Assembly: GCA_031411295.1 (NCBI GenBank)
Contig: JANOAV010000008.1
Location: 1-63,827, forward strand
Reading direction: 5' to 3'
DNA: 63,827 nucleotides
Source: Verrucomicrobiales bacterium
GTDB lineage: Bacteria; Verrucomicrobiota; Verrucomicrobiia; Verrucomicrobiales; V1-33
Each line of letters opens with the position of its first letter. The first letter of the stretch is position 1. This document shows, one piece after another, positions 19,498-30,227 of the stretch. The notes beneath the pieces were generated by a model that saw nothing but the letters and a program-made list of their open reading frames with translations, ran no database searches and was not told the origin of the DNA. The position numbers were made by a program, and so were the translations under genes.

Positions 19498-19779
19498 ATG
19501 AACATGGTCATCAGCCTCTTAATCTTGGTCGCAATCGTAGGATTCGTTATCTGGGGAAATCTTCCCAAACGGGGCCCCCAAGCTCCGATTGATCCGATTG
19601 AAGCGGCCAAGGAAGCGCGGGATCGGGAAATCGGCTTTATCGTCGGGATGCTAGGCGGAGATATTGCGGAGGCCGCCCGCGTCCGCTATGCCGTGGAGCG
19701 CTTGGAGGCGCAGACAGGCAGAATTGCCACTCCGCATGAAGTTGGCATAGCGGCTGGGATAGTTACTAACACACAGTAA
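19498..19779 (+). CDS. Small single-TM hypothetical protein
   Basis: [20 protein letters not shown] anchor; divergent from ilvB. Confidence 0.65.
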   Translation: MNMVISLLILVAIVGFVIWGNLPKRGPQAPIDPIEAAKEARDREIGFIVGMLGGDIAEAARVRYAVERLEAQTGRIATPHEVGIAAGIVTNTQ

Positions 19780-19946
19780 TCCTGCGCGCAGCGACCTTTC
19801 CTCCCCTGCTGCGCTTTGGCGCATCCCCGATGTTGCAGCCCGGCTCAGGACATTCCCGCTCAGCCATGGTTCCCGACTGAGGACATTCGGGACACTTTGT
19901 AAACAACCTGCCCTCGCACTCGAACTACCAAACGCGAACTCCCACA

Positions 19947-19978
19947 CAAAACCCCGACCAGCTTGCGCCAATCGGGGT
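19947..19978 (-). terminator. Intrinsic terminator of xylA
   Basis: Minus strand accccgattggcgcaagctggtcggggt followed by a T run. Confidence 0.7.
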
Positions 19979-20009
19979 GTTGCATTGGTTGGTCTGAGGA
20001 CCGGGAAGA

Positions 20010-21329
20010 TTAACCGATGAAGTCGTTGAGGAGGTTTTCCAGCATTTCCTGACGACCGCTGCCGGGCATGGGGCTGGTCTTAAGGTTCAGGGCGTATTTT
20101 TCCAACTCCTTGAAGCCGACTTTGCCGCTCTCGATATCGGCTCCGATGCCGCTGTCGAAGGTGCTGTAGCGGGCTTTCACGAAGTCTGCCCAGCGTCCAT
20201 CTTCCAGCAAGCCATGGGCTGCTTTCAACCCGCGAGCGAAGGCGTCCATGCCGCCGATATGCGCGTAGAACAGGTCTTCTGGCTCGAAGCTTTCGCGACG
20301 GCACTTGGCATCGAAGTTCAGTCCGCCGGTAGTGAATCCGCCCATGAGCAGGAGTTGCAGCATGATCTGCGTGGCCATGTTCAGATCGGTTGGGAATTGA
20401 TCGGTATCCCAGCCGATGAGCGTATCGCCCGTGTTCGCATCGATGGACCCCAGCGCGCCAGCGAGACGAGCCACTGCGAGATCGTGCTGCACGGTGTGAC
20501 CGGCCAGCGTGGCGTGGTTGGTTTCGATGTTCAGCTTGAAGTGGTCCAGCAAATTGTATTCGCGCAGGAAGTTCAAGCAGGCCGCAGAATCGCTATCGTA
20601 TTGGTGCGTGGAGGGTTCTCGTGGCTTGGGCTCAATGTAGAACTGGCCCGTGAAGCCAATTTCCTTCTTATAGTCCACGGCCATGTGCAGCAGGCGGGCC
20701 AGGTGGTCCAACTCGCGTTTCATATCTGTATTAAACAGCGTTGAGTAGCCTTCGCGACCACCCCAGAAGGTGTAGCCCTCGCCACCCAACTTGTGCGTCA
20801 CTTCCATGGCCTTCTTCACTTGGGCCGCACCATAGGCGAAGACTTCGGCGTTAGGGCTGGTGCCCGCGCCTTGATTATAGCGCGGATGAGCGAACAGACA
20901 GGCTGTGCCCCAGAGCAACTTCTTGCCAGTGGCCTTTTGCAGCGAGAGCAGCTCGTCAGACACTTGGTCCAGTGCGGCATTGCTTTCGGCCAGGCTGCCC
21001 AATTCCGGGGACACGTCCCGATCATGGAAGCAGTAGTATTCGATCCCCATCTTATCCATGAACTCGAAACAGGCGTGCGCCACGTTCTTCGCGTTCTGGA
21101 CGCTGTCCGTGCGGTCGTCCCACGGGCGCAGCGCAGTGCCGGCACCGAAGGGATCGGCCAGCGGATTCTTCATCGCGTGCCAGTAAGCCACGCTGAAGCG
21201 GAAATGCTCCTTCATGGTCTTGCTGCCGATCTTTTCGTCGGCGTTGTAGTGACGGAAGGCCAGAGCATTCTTGCTCTTGGCGCCTTCATACTTAATTTTG
21301 GGGATTCCTAGGAAATATTCTTTACTCAT
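20010..21329 (-). CDS. xylA: Xylose isomerase (class II)
   Basis: [36 protein letters not shown]. Confidence 0.97.
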   Translation of the reverse strand: MSKEYFLGIPKIKYEGAKSKNALAFRHYNADEKIGSKTMKEHFRFSVAYWHAMKNPLADPFGAGTALRPWDDRTDSVQNAKNVAHACFEFMDKMGIEYYCFHDRDVSPELGSLAESNAALDQVSDELLSLQKATGKKLLWGTACLFAHPRYNQGAGTSPNAEVFAYGAAQVKKAMEVTHKLGGEGYTFWGGREGYSTLFNTDMKRELDHLARLLHMAVDYKKEIGFTGQFYIEPKPREPSTHQYDSDSAACLNFLREYNLLDHFKLNIETNHATLAGHTVQHDLAVARLAGALGSIDANTGDTLIGWDTDQFPTDLNMATQIMLQLLLMGGFTTGGLNFDAKCRRESFEPEDLFYAHIGGMDAFARGLKAAHGLLEDGRWADFVKARYSTFDSGIGADIESGKVGFKELEKYALNLKTSPMPGSGRQEMLENLLNDFIG

Positions 21330-21429
21330 ATCGGGGCCGAGTCTGGAACTTATGCCCTGCGTGGTCAAGGAGAACGTGGAAGCGATTGTGCGCACAAAAA
21401 CGTAGATTTTGCGCCCGCCATGCTTGCCG

Positions 21430-22923
21430 CTATCCCTTCATCGGCAGCAGAACCGAGAGCAACCACGTGAAGAGAAATCCGGTTACCGAAATAATCGTTA
21501 GCAACACCGACCAAGTCCGCAACGTTTCCCGCTGCGTGAAACCACTGAGCCGACTCACGACCCAGAACCCACTATCGTTCATCCAAGAACACCCAATGGC
21601 CCCAAACCCAATCACGAGGAACAGGTAAATCGCATGAACCTCGAGACCAGAAACGAGCGGGGCAAACATCCCCGCCGCTGTCAACATGGCCACCGTGGCG
21701 GACCCTTGCGCAATCCGAATCACCAGCGCCACCAGATACGCTGCCAGCAGCAAATTCATCCCGGAAGCTTTCGCCAAGGCCTCCACCGTGGGCCCCACCC
21801 CGCTTTGCGTCAGCATATAGCCGAACGCTCCGCCGGCCGCCGTGATCAAAATAATAATTCCCCCGGTCTCCAAGGGAGCGCCCGCCTGCTCGTTGATTTC
21901 CTGCCAGGAAAGCCCCTTCTGCCGTTTCAGTAGCCAGAGCGACAGGAGCGCGCCAATGATCAAAGCAACGTTTTTGTTACCAATGAAATCCACCATCTGC
22001 TTGGCTTGAATAAAGCCTGGGTTATTGAGGCTCGTCCATCCATTGTTCTTCTGTAGCACCACTACCACCGAGGATAGAGAGATCAGAAAGATCGGCAAAA
22101 TCACGGGGAAGACCGAGGCGAAGAGCGACGGCAACTCACTCTCTGGCCTGGCCATGCTCAGCCGCACGCTTTCCAGCGGAGCATTAGCCGTTTCCCGCAA
22201 TGGAATGGGCGTGCGCTTATTGAGCTGCAGAATCGTAAACCACGCTACCACGGCAGGCACCACTCCCACCGCAATCCCAATCCAGATGGACAATCCCACA
22301 TCGATCTTCAGCGCCTCTTGCACCGCAATGGGACCAGGATGCGGCACCGTCAGCGAATGGGTTATGACCCCGCCAGCACAGATGGCCATCGTATAGAGCG
22401 TGAAATCTTTCCCGGTGCGCAACGCCATCGCCATCGCAATCGGCAGCATCAACATATACATGGAATCGAAGAAGATCGGAATACTCAGAAAGTAGGTGGC
22501 CGCTAGAATCGCCATCCCGGCCCGCTTCTCACCAAAGAGCGCCAGGAAACGCCGCACCACCTTGTCCGCGGCACCACTCTGCATTAGGCACATCCCAATG
22601 ATAGTGGCCATGCCAATCACAATCGAAATCCCCCCCGCCGTTTTCCCAAAGCCCTCAATCGTCAGTTCCACCGCCCGCACGAAATTTCCCTTATCCTGAT
22701 CCGCCAAACTCAACGCAGCCTTGGCCGCTGCAATCTCCCCATCATTCACCGCTTTGGGCGCAATCAGCCGATCCCCCGATAACAAGCCGGCCAATAACGC
22801 GGCCAGAATCAACGCCATGAAGGCGTGCATCCGCAGCAGTGAAATGCCCACAATCACGAAGGCGACGCTGATGAGTAATACCGCAAGCGGCCAGAGAGAA
22901 GTGGAGAAGGCAAGAAAAATCAT
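21430..22923 (-). CDS. GntP family sugar-acid permease
   Basis: [30 protein letters not shown]. Confidence 0.92.
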   Translation of the reverse strand: MIFLAFSTSLWPLAVLLISVAFVIVGISLLRMHAFMALILAALLAGLLSGDRLIAPKAVNDGEIAAAKAALSLADQDKGNFVRAVELTIEGFGKTAGGISIVIGMATIIGMCLMQSGAADKVVRRFLALFGEKRAGMAILAATYFLSIPIFFDSMYMLMLPIAMAMALRTGKDFTLYTMAICAGGVITHSLTVPHPGPIAVQEALKIDVGLSIWIGIAVGVVPAVVAWFTILQLNKRTPIPLRETANAPLESVRLSMARPESELPSLFASVFPVILPIFLISLSSVVVVLQKNNGWTSLNNPGFIQAKQMVDFIGNKNVALIIGALLSLWLLKRQKGLSWQEINEQAGAPLETGGIIILITAAGGAFGYMLTQSGVGPTVEALAKASGMNLLLAAYLVALVIRIAQGSATVAMLTAAGMFAPLVSGLEVHAIYLFLVIGFGAIGCSWMNDSGFWVVSRLSGFTQRETLRTWSVLLTIISVTGFLFTWLLSVLLPMKG

Positions 22924-22999
22924 AGTGAGCGCCTTTGCTATGCGTTTCCCCGCTGCGGAGCAAGAACGTTTTCACGGAGTCTTGTGCAAACTGCTGCCG

Positions 23000-23201
23000 G
23001 CAAAAGCACGCAAGGACCGCAAAATTGAGCGCATGGTCTTGGTCGGACGCGTTCGCTGCGGCATCGGAATGCCCAGCAACGTAGCGTGACATTCCAATGT
23101 CGCGACGGAGGGACCGTCCCTGCTGCATGGCTGTTATAGCGGTTGGGGCAGGCAAATCGATCTAAATTGCCAGACCCTTTGCGTTCCTTGCGTTCTTTTG
23201 C
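23000..23201. repeat. MITE/REP-like element: 24-bp inverted repeats enclosing a GTAG-type REP hairpin
   Basis: 23000-23023 gcaaaagcacgcaaggaccgcaaa matches the reverse complement of 23178-23201 at 22/24; internal GTAG-cgtgacatt-cc-aatgtcgcg at 23081-23104. Confidence 0.65.
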
Positions 23202-23251
23202 GGCCATCATCAGAAATGAATCTGAGAGGAGATCCAGCGCTCCCCGCCACA

Positions 23252-24352
23252 TCATTTCCCAAGCCGCTCCAGCACCTCTTGCATCTGCTTCCCCACCCTG
23301 CTGAAACCAAGCCAGTGCCCCAAACGCAGCCAGCGCGAAGCCTGGACATTTTTCAGCAATTTAATCACCGCCTTATCAATCTTCGCAGGCACCACGATGC
23401 GTTCGCGAGTCAAGGCTCCCGCAGCTCGCTGCGCTTCGCGCAGGTCCTTCCTGAGTTGCGTTTCCCTTAGACACAGATCCCTCATATGACTTAAAAACTG
23501 CCGCAGCACCAGAAGGCTCCATTCCGGCAGCGGACCGGGAGGTGGTCGCAAATGACTCGCCATATGAGGCTTGGCCGCGCCTTGAAAATGAAGCGTGGCA
23601 TAGCATTGCAGGGGAAATGCAGGATCCTCCGTGCTATGGGGCCGATTATCGATGAACGTAATTTCCCGCAAAACGCCTTCACCCGCAGCAGTTCTATCCG
23701 CATTGGCATTGGCATCAAACACCGCCTGCCCGAGCTGAGGAACATGCAAATCTGCCGATCGCAAAGATGGATCCTGGCTCAACTCAGTAATGAAGAACAT
23801 GTCAGAAATCCGATCCCGCCTCTGAGCCTCTGCCAGAGCCCGATCCAGCGCTTGCAGCCGTCCCGTGCTTGGCTCCTGCTGGTAGCTCCTCAAAATCAAT
23901 TCGCAAAATTTCTCCAAAGCCCCCAGTCGGAAATAAGAACTGTGCCCAGATTGACGAGTCAACGTGAAGTCCAGCGCAGCGACCCGTTGCGTCTCCTCGC
24001 TGAGATCCCTGTAGATCATCACATCTGAATCGAAATGCCACACGTCCGACCATGTGCGCTCCCTCATAAAATCCCGCAAGACAAACCACCGCTCCAAACA
24101 CGCCCGTTCAAACGGTTCCGGATTGAGCGAGAAATGACGATACACCGCCCTTAACTCCCGCGCCCCGTTTCCATAGGCCTCCGGACGAATGACCTCAATC
24201 CCCGGCACCGCAAGCAACGCCTGCGGATCTTCATCCGTCAGCACGAGAATCCTCCGCTCAGGATTCCATAAGCGAGCCTGTAGCAGTGCACAATTCAAAT
24301 GGCTCAACGCCACCGGTGCACCTTGATGAATAAAAACGATCGGGGATGACAT
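23252..24352 (-). CDS. Putative GT-A-like glycosyltransferase with a C-terminal coiled coil
   Basis: HFDSDV DxD motif, LHFQG, coiled coil ending SRWLRLG. Confidence 0.6.
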   Translation of the reverse strand: MSSPIVFIHQGAPVALSHLNCALLQARLWNPERRILVLTDEDPQALLAVPGIEVIRPEAYGNGARELRAVYRHFSLNPEPFERACLERWFVLRDFMRERTWSDVWHFDSDVMIYRDLSEETQRVAALDFTLTRQSGHSSYFRLGALEKFCELILRSYQQEPSTGRLQALDRALAEAQRRDRISDMFFITELSQDPSLRSADLHVPQLGQAVFDANANADRTAAGEGVLREITFIDNRPHSTEDPAFPLQCYATLHFQGAAKPHMASHLRPPPGPLPEWSLLVLRQFLSHMRDLCLRETQLRKDLREAQRAAGALTRERIVVPAKIDKAVIKLLKNVQASRWLRLGHWLGFSRVGKQMQEVLERLGK

Positions 24353-24382
24353 GGTGATATTCGCGAGATATTGATGACGCAG

Positions 24383-25708
24383 CTACTCCTCTGGATTTCC
24401 TGATTTTGCTTTGATCATTTGGAGCACGATCCCAAGCAATTTTGAAACGAGTAATGCTTGTTCATCCCGGCCGAGAAAATCAGTGTAAGACTTTCTAATC
24501 GGCTCCGAATCGACTATTCTGATTTCGTAATGCATTGGCTTGAAGGAAACTCCTACCGAAAATTGCAGATCAAAGGTCTCCCGCCCTCTTCCCAGGTAAG
24601 TATTGAATGAGTAGGTGATCTCGAATTCGGTGTCCCAGCTCCGAGACATCGAGAAATAACGAAGCCCTTCTGCAGGATGCATATTTCCCAACGCTCTAGG
24701 TGAGTTAGAGCTAAAGTTCCAGCTTTGAAAGAGCGGGCTTAGTTGAGCTACCTTCGGATCGATTGCTTTGAGGAATTCCAAAAGTCCAGAGTTAACGAGT
24801 TCTTTAATATTCTCGCTAGTTCGTGGTTGAGCGCCCTCCATATGCCCCTGCTGGCTGCGGACAAACAGGGCAATTTCCTTTTCCACATCACTTGGCTCAT
24901 CAACGGGTTCTCCCTTAGCTGCCTTTAGACCGAGCTTCAGTGACCATTCGGCAAGATTCGCGAAATAATCTATCAGTGGTTTTAAATCACCGGCATCAGC
25001 TAATTGGAGGACCGTGAGGTAATTCTTCTTGTCCTCGGTTCGCACGATCACGGGCAAATACCCAGCCCGCATGAGCACGTAGTTTACCAACAATCGGGCC
25101 ACTCGTCCATTGCCGTCATCGAATGGATGGATGCGCACGAAATCATAATGCAGCCTGGTCGCGAGTGCGACGGGATGAATGGTGGGCACAGCCAATTCCT
25201 GTTGAAGCCAAGCGACCAGTGCTTGCATCCGCGGTGGGGTGTCTTCGACTGAGGCGTAATAGAACATTTCCCCGGTGGCCGTGCGCACGGAATTGGGCGT
25301 GGTCTTGTATTGACCAGGAATGATCTCTTTCCGCGTGGCTTGACCATCCACGGTGGACGCAGGTTTCCAGAAGGGTTCTTTCAAAATGATGCGATTTAGA
25401 TCACGTATGTCAGCCTCGGTCAGGGGTCGGTGGGAATCTGCCGCCAAAGCACGCACATGCTCAATCCCCACGTTGTGCGCCTTCATCTCCAGATATTCGC
25501 GATGGGTGTGATTCCCCGTGGTGCGGTCATGGAGTAGGAGCAATTCCGTCTCCCCATACGTTAGCGTATTTCCCTCAATGTGGTTGGAATGGTAATTCCA
25601 CTCCAACCGGAGCTTCTTCCACAGGCGGTCGTTCTGCTGGGCTGACAAGGGCTGCTGCCCCTGCCATGCTACTGCGAGAGCGGTTAATTCTGGGAAATCT
25701 GGGTTCAT
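24383..25708 (-). CDS. Fic family protein, class II
   Basis: HPFDDGNGRVAR catalytic motif; N-terminal SNHIEGN autoinhibitory motif. Confidence 0.93.
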   Translation of the reverse strand: MNPDFPELTALAVAWQGQQPLSAQQNDRLWKKLRLEWNYHSNHIEGNTLTYGETELLLLHDRTTGNHTHREYLEMKAHNVGIEHVRALAADSHRPLTEADIRDLNRIILKEPFWKPASTVDGQATRKEIIPGQYKTTPNSVRTATGEMFYYASVEDTPPRMQALVAWLQQELAVPTIHPVALATRLHYDFVRIHPFDDGNGRVARLLVNYVLMRAGYLPVIVRTEDKKNYLTVLQLADAGDLKPLIDYFANLAEWSLKLGLKAAKGEPVDEPSDVEKEIALFVRSQQGHMEGAQPRTSENIKELVNSGLLEFLKAIDPKVAQLSPLFQSWNFSSNSPRALGNMHPAEGLRYFSMSRSWDTEFEITYSFNTYLGRGRETFDLQFSVGVSFKPMHYEIRIVDSEPIRKSYTDFLGRDEQALLVSKLLGIVLQMIKAKSGNPEE

Positions 25709-25909
25709 AATCCCTGAATCAATGGCGCGAAACTTTCGAGAAGCAAGTGAGTTGCCGCATATCGAGAGGCCGCAGGCTGCCTGCCTTGGATTCGATCCCC
25801 CCCACGCGATCACGTTCAGTGTCCGAATTACTTGTCACATGTGCTGTTCCCTCGACATAAGACTTTGGTGGCTCTTTCCTATTCACCAACTTCAGCCGAT
25901 TTCCCCACC

Positions 25910-27361
25910 ATGATAAAATTTCCCCGACTCCATTCCACCTTGCTGGCAAAAGCGTGCCTGCTGCTCTCTGTGATCTTGCCTGTTGCCTCCATGCCTGCCG
26001 CCGAAACGAAGCGTCCGAACATCCTCTGGCTAGTGGCGGAAGACTTTGGGACGGCGTTGAGTTGTTATGGAAATAAGGATATCAGCACGCCGGTGCTGGA
26101 TCAACTGGCGAAGGAGGGCGTGCGCTACAATCATTTTTATACCACCGCACCCGTTTGCTCGCCCAGCCGCAGTGCTTTCATGACGGGAAACTATGCCGTG
26201 TCGATCGGGGCGCACAATCATCGCACGGCCAATAAGCAGCCGCTGCCAGAGGGTGTGATGCCGCTGAGCATTCGAATGCATGAGGCAGGGTATTTTACGG
26301 CCAACCTGGCAAAATTGCCAGCTTCGTTTGGCTTCAGAGGCACGGGAAAGACGGATTGGAATTTCACCTTCACGGGGGAGGCGTTTGATGGAAAAGACTG
26401 GGCGGAATTGAAGGGACATCAACCGTTCTTTGCGCAGCTAAATTTCCATGAAACGCATCGCGATTTCCTGGGTCCCAAGAAAGTGGATCCGGCCAAGGTG
26501 ACGCTGCCGCCCTACTATCCGGATCATCCGGTGGTGCGTGAGGACTATGCCCGCTACTTGGATGACACGCTGGAATTGGATCGCAAGGTGGGTGTCATTT
26601 TGGAACAACTGAAGACGGATGGTCTGTTAGAAAATACGATCATCGTTTTCATGGGCGACAATGGGGAGGCTCATGTGCGGGGGAAACAATTCTGTTATGA
26701 AGAAGGACTGCACGTGCCGCTCATCATCCGCTGGGCGGCCTCCATGGTGCCGCCGGAACATTTCAAAGCTGGCACCGTGGATGATCGTTTGCTCGAATCG
26801 ATCGATCTGGCTCCAACCTATCTTGATTTAATTGGCGTTCCGATTCCCGCCTCGATGCAGGGGAAACCGTTCCTGGGAAATAAAGTCGGAGCGCCTAAGC
26901 AATACGTCTTCGGTGCTCGTGACCGCTGTGATGAAACTGCCATGCGCCTGCGAACCGTGCGCGATGAACGGTATCGCTACATCAAAAATTTCACGCCCGA
27001 GTTGCCATTCTTTGCCCCGAATGCTTACAAGGCGAAACAATATCCCGCGTGGAATTTGATCCAGGAACTAAATCGCGAAGCAAAGCTAACACCTGTGCAG
27101 GCCGAACTCTGCGCAGACAAAATGCCAGTGGAAGCGCTCTACGACATGCAACAGGATCCCCATGAAATCAAGAACCTGGCCACTTCTAAAGATCCCGCCG
27201 TGCAGGAAGCACTGCAGCGGTTGCGCGGCGTGTTAGACACTTGGATCAAGGAAACGAAGGACCAAGGAGCCATTCCAGAACCTCCCGGAGCAGGCGTAGA
27301 AGCAGCCAAAAAACGCGCTACCAAACGTGCCGCCAATCCTCCCACCGAACCCGCCAAATGA
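25910..27361 (+). CDS. Sulfatase (S1, Cys-type)
   Basis: Signal peptide, PNILW, CSPSR, GDNG. Confidence 0.93.
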   Translation: MIKFPRLHSTLLAKACLLLSVILPVASMPAAETKRPNILWLVAEDFGTALSCYGNKDISTPVLDQLAKEGVRYNHFYTTAPVCSPSRSAFMTGNYAVSIGAHNHRTANKQPLPEGVMPLSIRMHEAGYFTANLAKLPASFGFRGTGKTDWNFTFTGEAFDGKDWAELKGHQPFFAQLNFHETHRDFLGPKKVDPAKVTLPPYYPDHPVVREDYARYLDDTLELDRKVGVILEQLKTDGLLENTIIVFMGDNGEAHVRGKQFCYEEGLHVPLIIRWAASMVPPEHFKAGTVDDRLLESIDLAPTYLDLIGVPIPASMQGKPFLGNKVGAPKQYVFGARDRCDETAMRLRTVRDERYRYIKNFTPELPFFAPNAYKAKQYPAWNLIQELNREAKLTPVQAELCADKMPVEALYDMQQDPHEIKNLATSKDPAVQEALQRLRGVLDTWIKETKDQGAIPEPPGAGVEAAKKRATKRAANPPTEPAK

Positions 27362-28824
27362 AACTCAATTTCTCACTCCTCCTCCTCGCCCTGTCGCTGT
27401 CCGTAGCCCACAGCGCGGACAAGCCTAACATCGTCATCATTTACGCCGACGACATCGGCTATGGCGATCTGAGTTGCTATGGCGCCACCAAGGTCAAGAC
27501 TCCCAACTGCGATAAACTCGCTGGGCAGGGGATTCGTTTCACCGACGCCCACTCGCCCGCCTCAGTCTGCACTCCCTCCCGGTTTGCCCTGCTCACCGGC
27601 GTTTATGCTTTCCGTCAGAAAGGAACCGGCATTGCCAGTGGCGTGGATGGTCTCTTAATCGGCCCCGAACGCACCACCTTGCCAGGGCTCTTGAAGAACG
27701 TTGGCTACAGCACCGCCGTGATTGGCAAATGGCACCTTGGTCTCGGGACCAGGCCGACTAATTATAACGCTGAGATCAAGCCAAGCCCGTTGGAAATTGG
27801 GTTTGATTACGCTTGGATCATGCCCGCCACGGGAGATCGCGTGCCCTGCGTCTGGGTCGAGAATCGGAACGTGGTGAAGTTGGACCCGGCGGATCCCATC
27901 AGCCTGGACTATACCGTGAAGCGAGGCGATCCGGCTTCCATGCTCATGGGCATCCCACGGATTGGCGGCCAGACGGGCGGCAAATCGGCCCTCTGGAAGG
28001 ACCAAGAGCTGTCCACCGTCATTGCCGCCAAGAGTCGCGCATTCATCAAGAAAAACCGGGAGCATCCGTTCTTCATATTCATGGCCAGCCATAGTATTCA
28101 CGTGCCGCGGGCTCCGAACCCACAATTTGTTGGCAAGAGCGACTGCGGGGTCCGGGGCGATGCCATCATGGAATTCGACTGGATGGTCGGTCAAGTCGTT
28201 CAAGAACTCGATGACTTGGGCTTGTCAGATAATACCCTGTTGCTAGTCAGCAGTGACAACGGCGGAATCAACGACAATAACGGCCCAGATAAAATCCACG
28301 GCTTGGGTGATCCCGATGCCACCAACGGCCACCCACAAAATGGCGTTCTGCGAGGCACCAAGGGCACCGTCTTTGAAGGCGGAACCCGCGTGCCGCTCAT
28401 CGTGCGCTGGCCTGCCAAAGTAAAACCGGGCGTATCTTCAGCCCTCATCAACCACGTGGATTTCGCTCAAAGTTTCGCCACCCTTACGGGGTCCGCGATT
28501 CCTCCCCAACAAGCGCGTGACAGCGAAAATGTCCTCCCGGCACTCCTTGGCCAGAGCGACACAGGTCGGGAGTTCTTGCTGGAACAATCGAATGGCGGGG
28601 CCCCGTTTGGTCTGCGTCATGGCACCTGGAAATATCTCTCGAACAGCGGAGCACTCTACGATCTAGCCACGGATCTCAGTGAGACCAAAGACGTCGCTGC
28701 AGCTCACCCCGAAATCCTTGCCGCCATGAAACAGAAGTTGCATGAGATCACAGACGGGCAAGCCCCAGGCCCAGCGCGCAAGGGGAAAAAGTCAGCAAAG
28801 CCTAATGCCACGGGCGATGAGTAG
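27358..28824 (+). CDS. Arylsulfatase (S1, Cys-type)
   Basis: Signal peptide, ADDIG, CTPSR, GKWHLG, SDNG; ATGA overlap with the previous gene. Confidence 0.93.
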   Translation: MKLNFSLLLLALSLSVAHSADKPNIVIIYADDIGYGDLSCYGATKVKTPNCDKLAGQGIRFTDAHSPASVCTPSRFALLTGVYAFRQKGTGIASGVDGLLIGPERTTLPGLLKNVGYSTAVIGKWHLGLGTRPTNYNAEIKPSPLEIGFDYAWIMPATGDRVPCVWVENRNVVKLDPADPISLDYTVKRGDPASMLMGIPRIGGQTGGKSALWKDQELSTVIAAKSRAFIKKNREHPFFIFMASHSIHVPRAPNPQFVGKSDCGVRGDAIMEFDWMVGQVVQELDDLGLSDNTLLLVSSDNGGINDNNGPDKIHGLGDPDATNGHPQNGVLRGTKGTVFEGGTRVPLIVRWPAKVKPGVSSALINHVDFAQSFATLTGSAIPPQQARDSENVLPALLGQSDTGREFLLEQSNGGAPFGLRHGTWKYLSNSGALYDLATDLSETKDVAAAHPEILAAMKQKLHEITDGQAPGPARKGKKSAKPNATGDE

Positions 28825-28848
28825 GATTGCCCCTCCACCCGAATAGCC

Positions 28849-30183
28849 ATGAAGTTTACTTTACTCAGCCTGATCGCTGCGCTTGGCGCCCTTTGCAGCA
28901 ACCGCTCCACTGCTGCCGAACAACCTAACATCGTCTTCATCCTCGCAGATGACATGGGCATTGGTGATACCACCAGCTATGGCGGCACCATGGCCAAGAC
29001 GCCGTATTTGGAGCGACTAGCCAAAGAAGGCACGCGCTTCACCCGGTATTATTCAGCCTCGCCCATCTGTTCACCGAGCCGCTGTGGCCTGATTACCGGC
29101 CAGTTTCCCGCGCGTTGGAATGTGACCAGTTACCTGCAGGCCCGCGCTGGAAACAAAGCATGCGAGCAGGTGGACTTCCTTGATAGCAAGGCGCCATCGC
29201 TGCCGCGTATTCTGCAGGCAGCAGGATATGCCACCGCCCACATTGGGAAATGGCACTTGGGAGGCGGGCGCGATGTGATCGATCCACCGAAATTTTCCGC
29301 CTACGGATACGACGTCGGTCTGGGCACCTACGAAAGCCCGGAACCAGCCGCAGGACTTGGTTTAAAGACCGTTCCCTGGGGACCTGATGACAAGAAGGAA
29401 CCGCAACAAGTCTTCCGCCACGAACGCACGAAATGGATGGTGGACGAGACGATCAAATTTCTCCAACGACACCATGACAAGCCCTGCTTCGTGAATTTAT
29501 GGCTGGATGATACCCATGCACCATGGGTTCCCTCCGAAGCCGTTCCCAAACAGGATAAAGCCAATCTCATCAAAGTGACCGAAGAGATGGATCGACAGAT
29601 CGGCCGCCTCATGGATGCGCTGCCGGCCAATACCTTACTCCTATTCGCCAGCGACAACGGACCGATCCCTACCTTCAACGGTCAACGCAACAATGGCCTG
29701 CGTGGCAGTAAACTCAGCCTCTATGAAGGCGGCATTCGGCTCCCGTTCATTGCGCGATGGAAGGACCACGTGGCTGCTGGCAAGGTGGATGACCAGACCG
29801 TGATTCAAGCCGCCGATATGCTGCCAACGCTGGCTGCAATTGGAAATGGAGCACTGCCTCACAACTACCATTCAGATGGTGAAAACTTAACCCAAGCCCT
29901 GCTGGGCAATCCCACCACCCGCAGCAAACCGTTGTTCTGGGAATACGGTCGCAACGACACTTCCTTCAAATATCCTGAAGGCAACGACCGCAGCCCTAAC
30001 GTGGCCATGCTAGATGGCTCTTGGAAATTGCTCGTCAATGCCGACGGCACCCAAACTGAGCTTTACGATCTCATGGCCGATCCGAACGAAACCAAAAATC
30101 TGGCGGAGGCGCAACCAGAGCGTGCAGCCAAAATGAAAGCCGCCGCGCTTGCTTGGCGGCGGTCGTTGCCGAAGTTTCTCTAA
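28849..30183 (+). CDS. Sulfatase (S1, Cys-type)
   Basis: ADDMG, CSPSR, GKWHLG, SDNG. Confidence 0.93.
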   Translation: MKFTLLSLIAALGALCSNRSTAAEQPNIVFILADDMGIGDTTSYGGTMAKTPYLERLAKEGTRFTRYYSASPICSPSRCGLITGQFPARWNVTSYLQARAGNKACEQVDFLDSKAPSLPRILQAAGYATAHIGKWHLGGGRDVIDPPKFSAYGYDVGLGTYESPEPAAGLGLKTVPWGPDDKKEPQQVFRHERTKWMVDETIKFLQRHHDKPCFVNLWLDDTHAPWVPSEAVPKQDKANLIKVTEEMDRQIGRLMDALPANTLLLFASDNGPIPTFNGQRNNGLRGSKLSLYEGGIRLPFIARWKDHVAAGKVDDQTVIQAADMLPTLAAIGNGALPHNYHSDGENLTQALLGNPTTRSKPLFWEYGRNDTSFKYPEGNDRSPNVAMLDGSWKLLVNADGTQTELYDLMADPNETKNLAEAQPERAAKMKAAALAWRRSLPKFL

Positions 30184-30227
30184 CGCAAATCGGTCTTTCA
30201 TCATAGCAAATCTCCCTATATTTCATC

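Noticed and set aside
19839..19888. Two 17-bp direct repeats (15/17 identical, 33-bp period)
   Set aside because: Only two short copies and no cas genes, so not a CRISPR array; significance unclear
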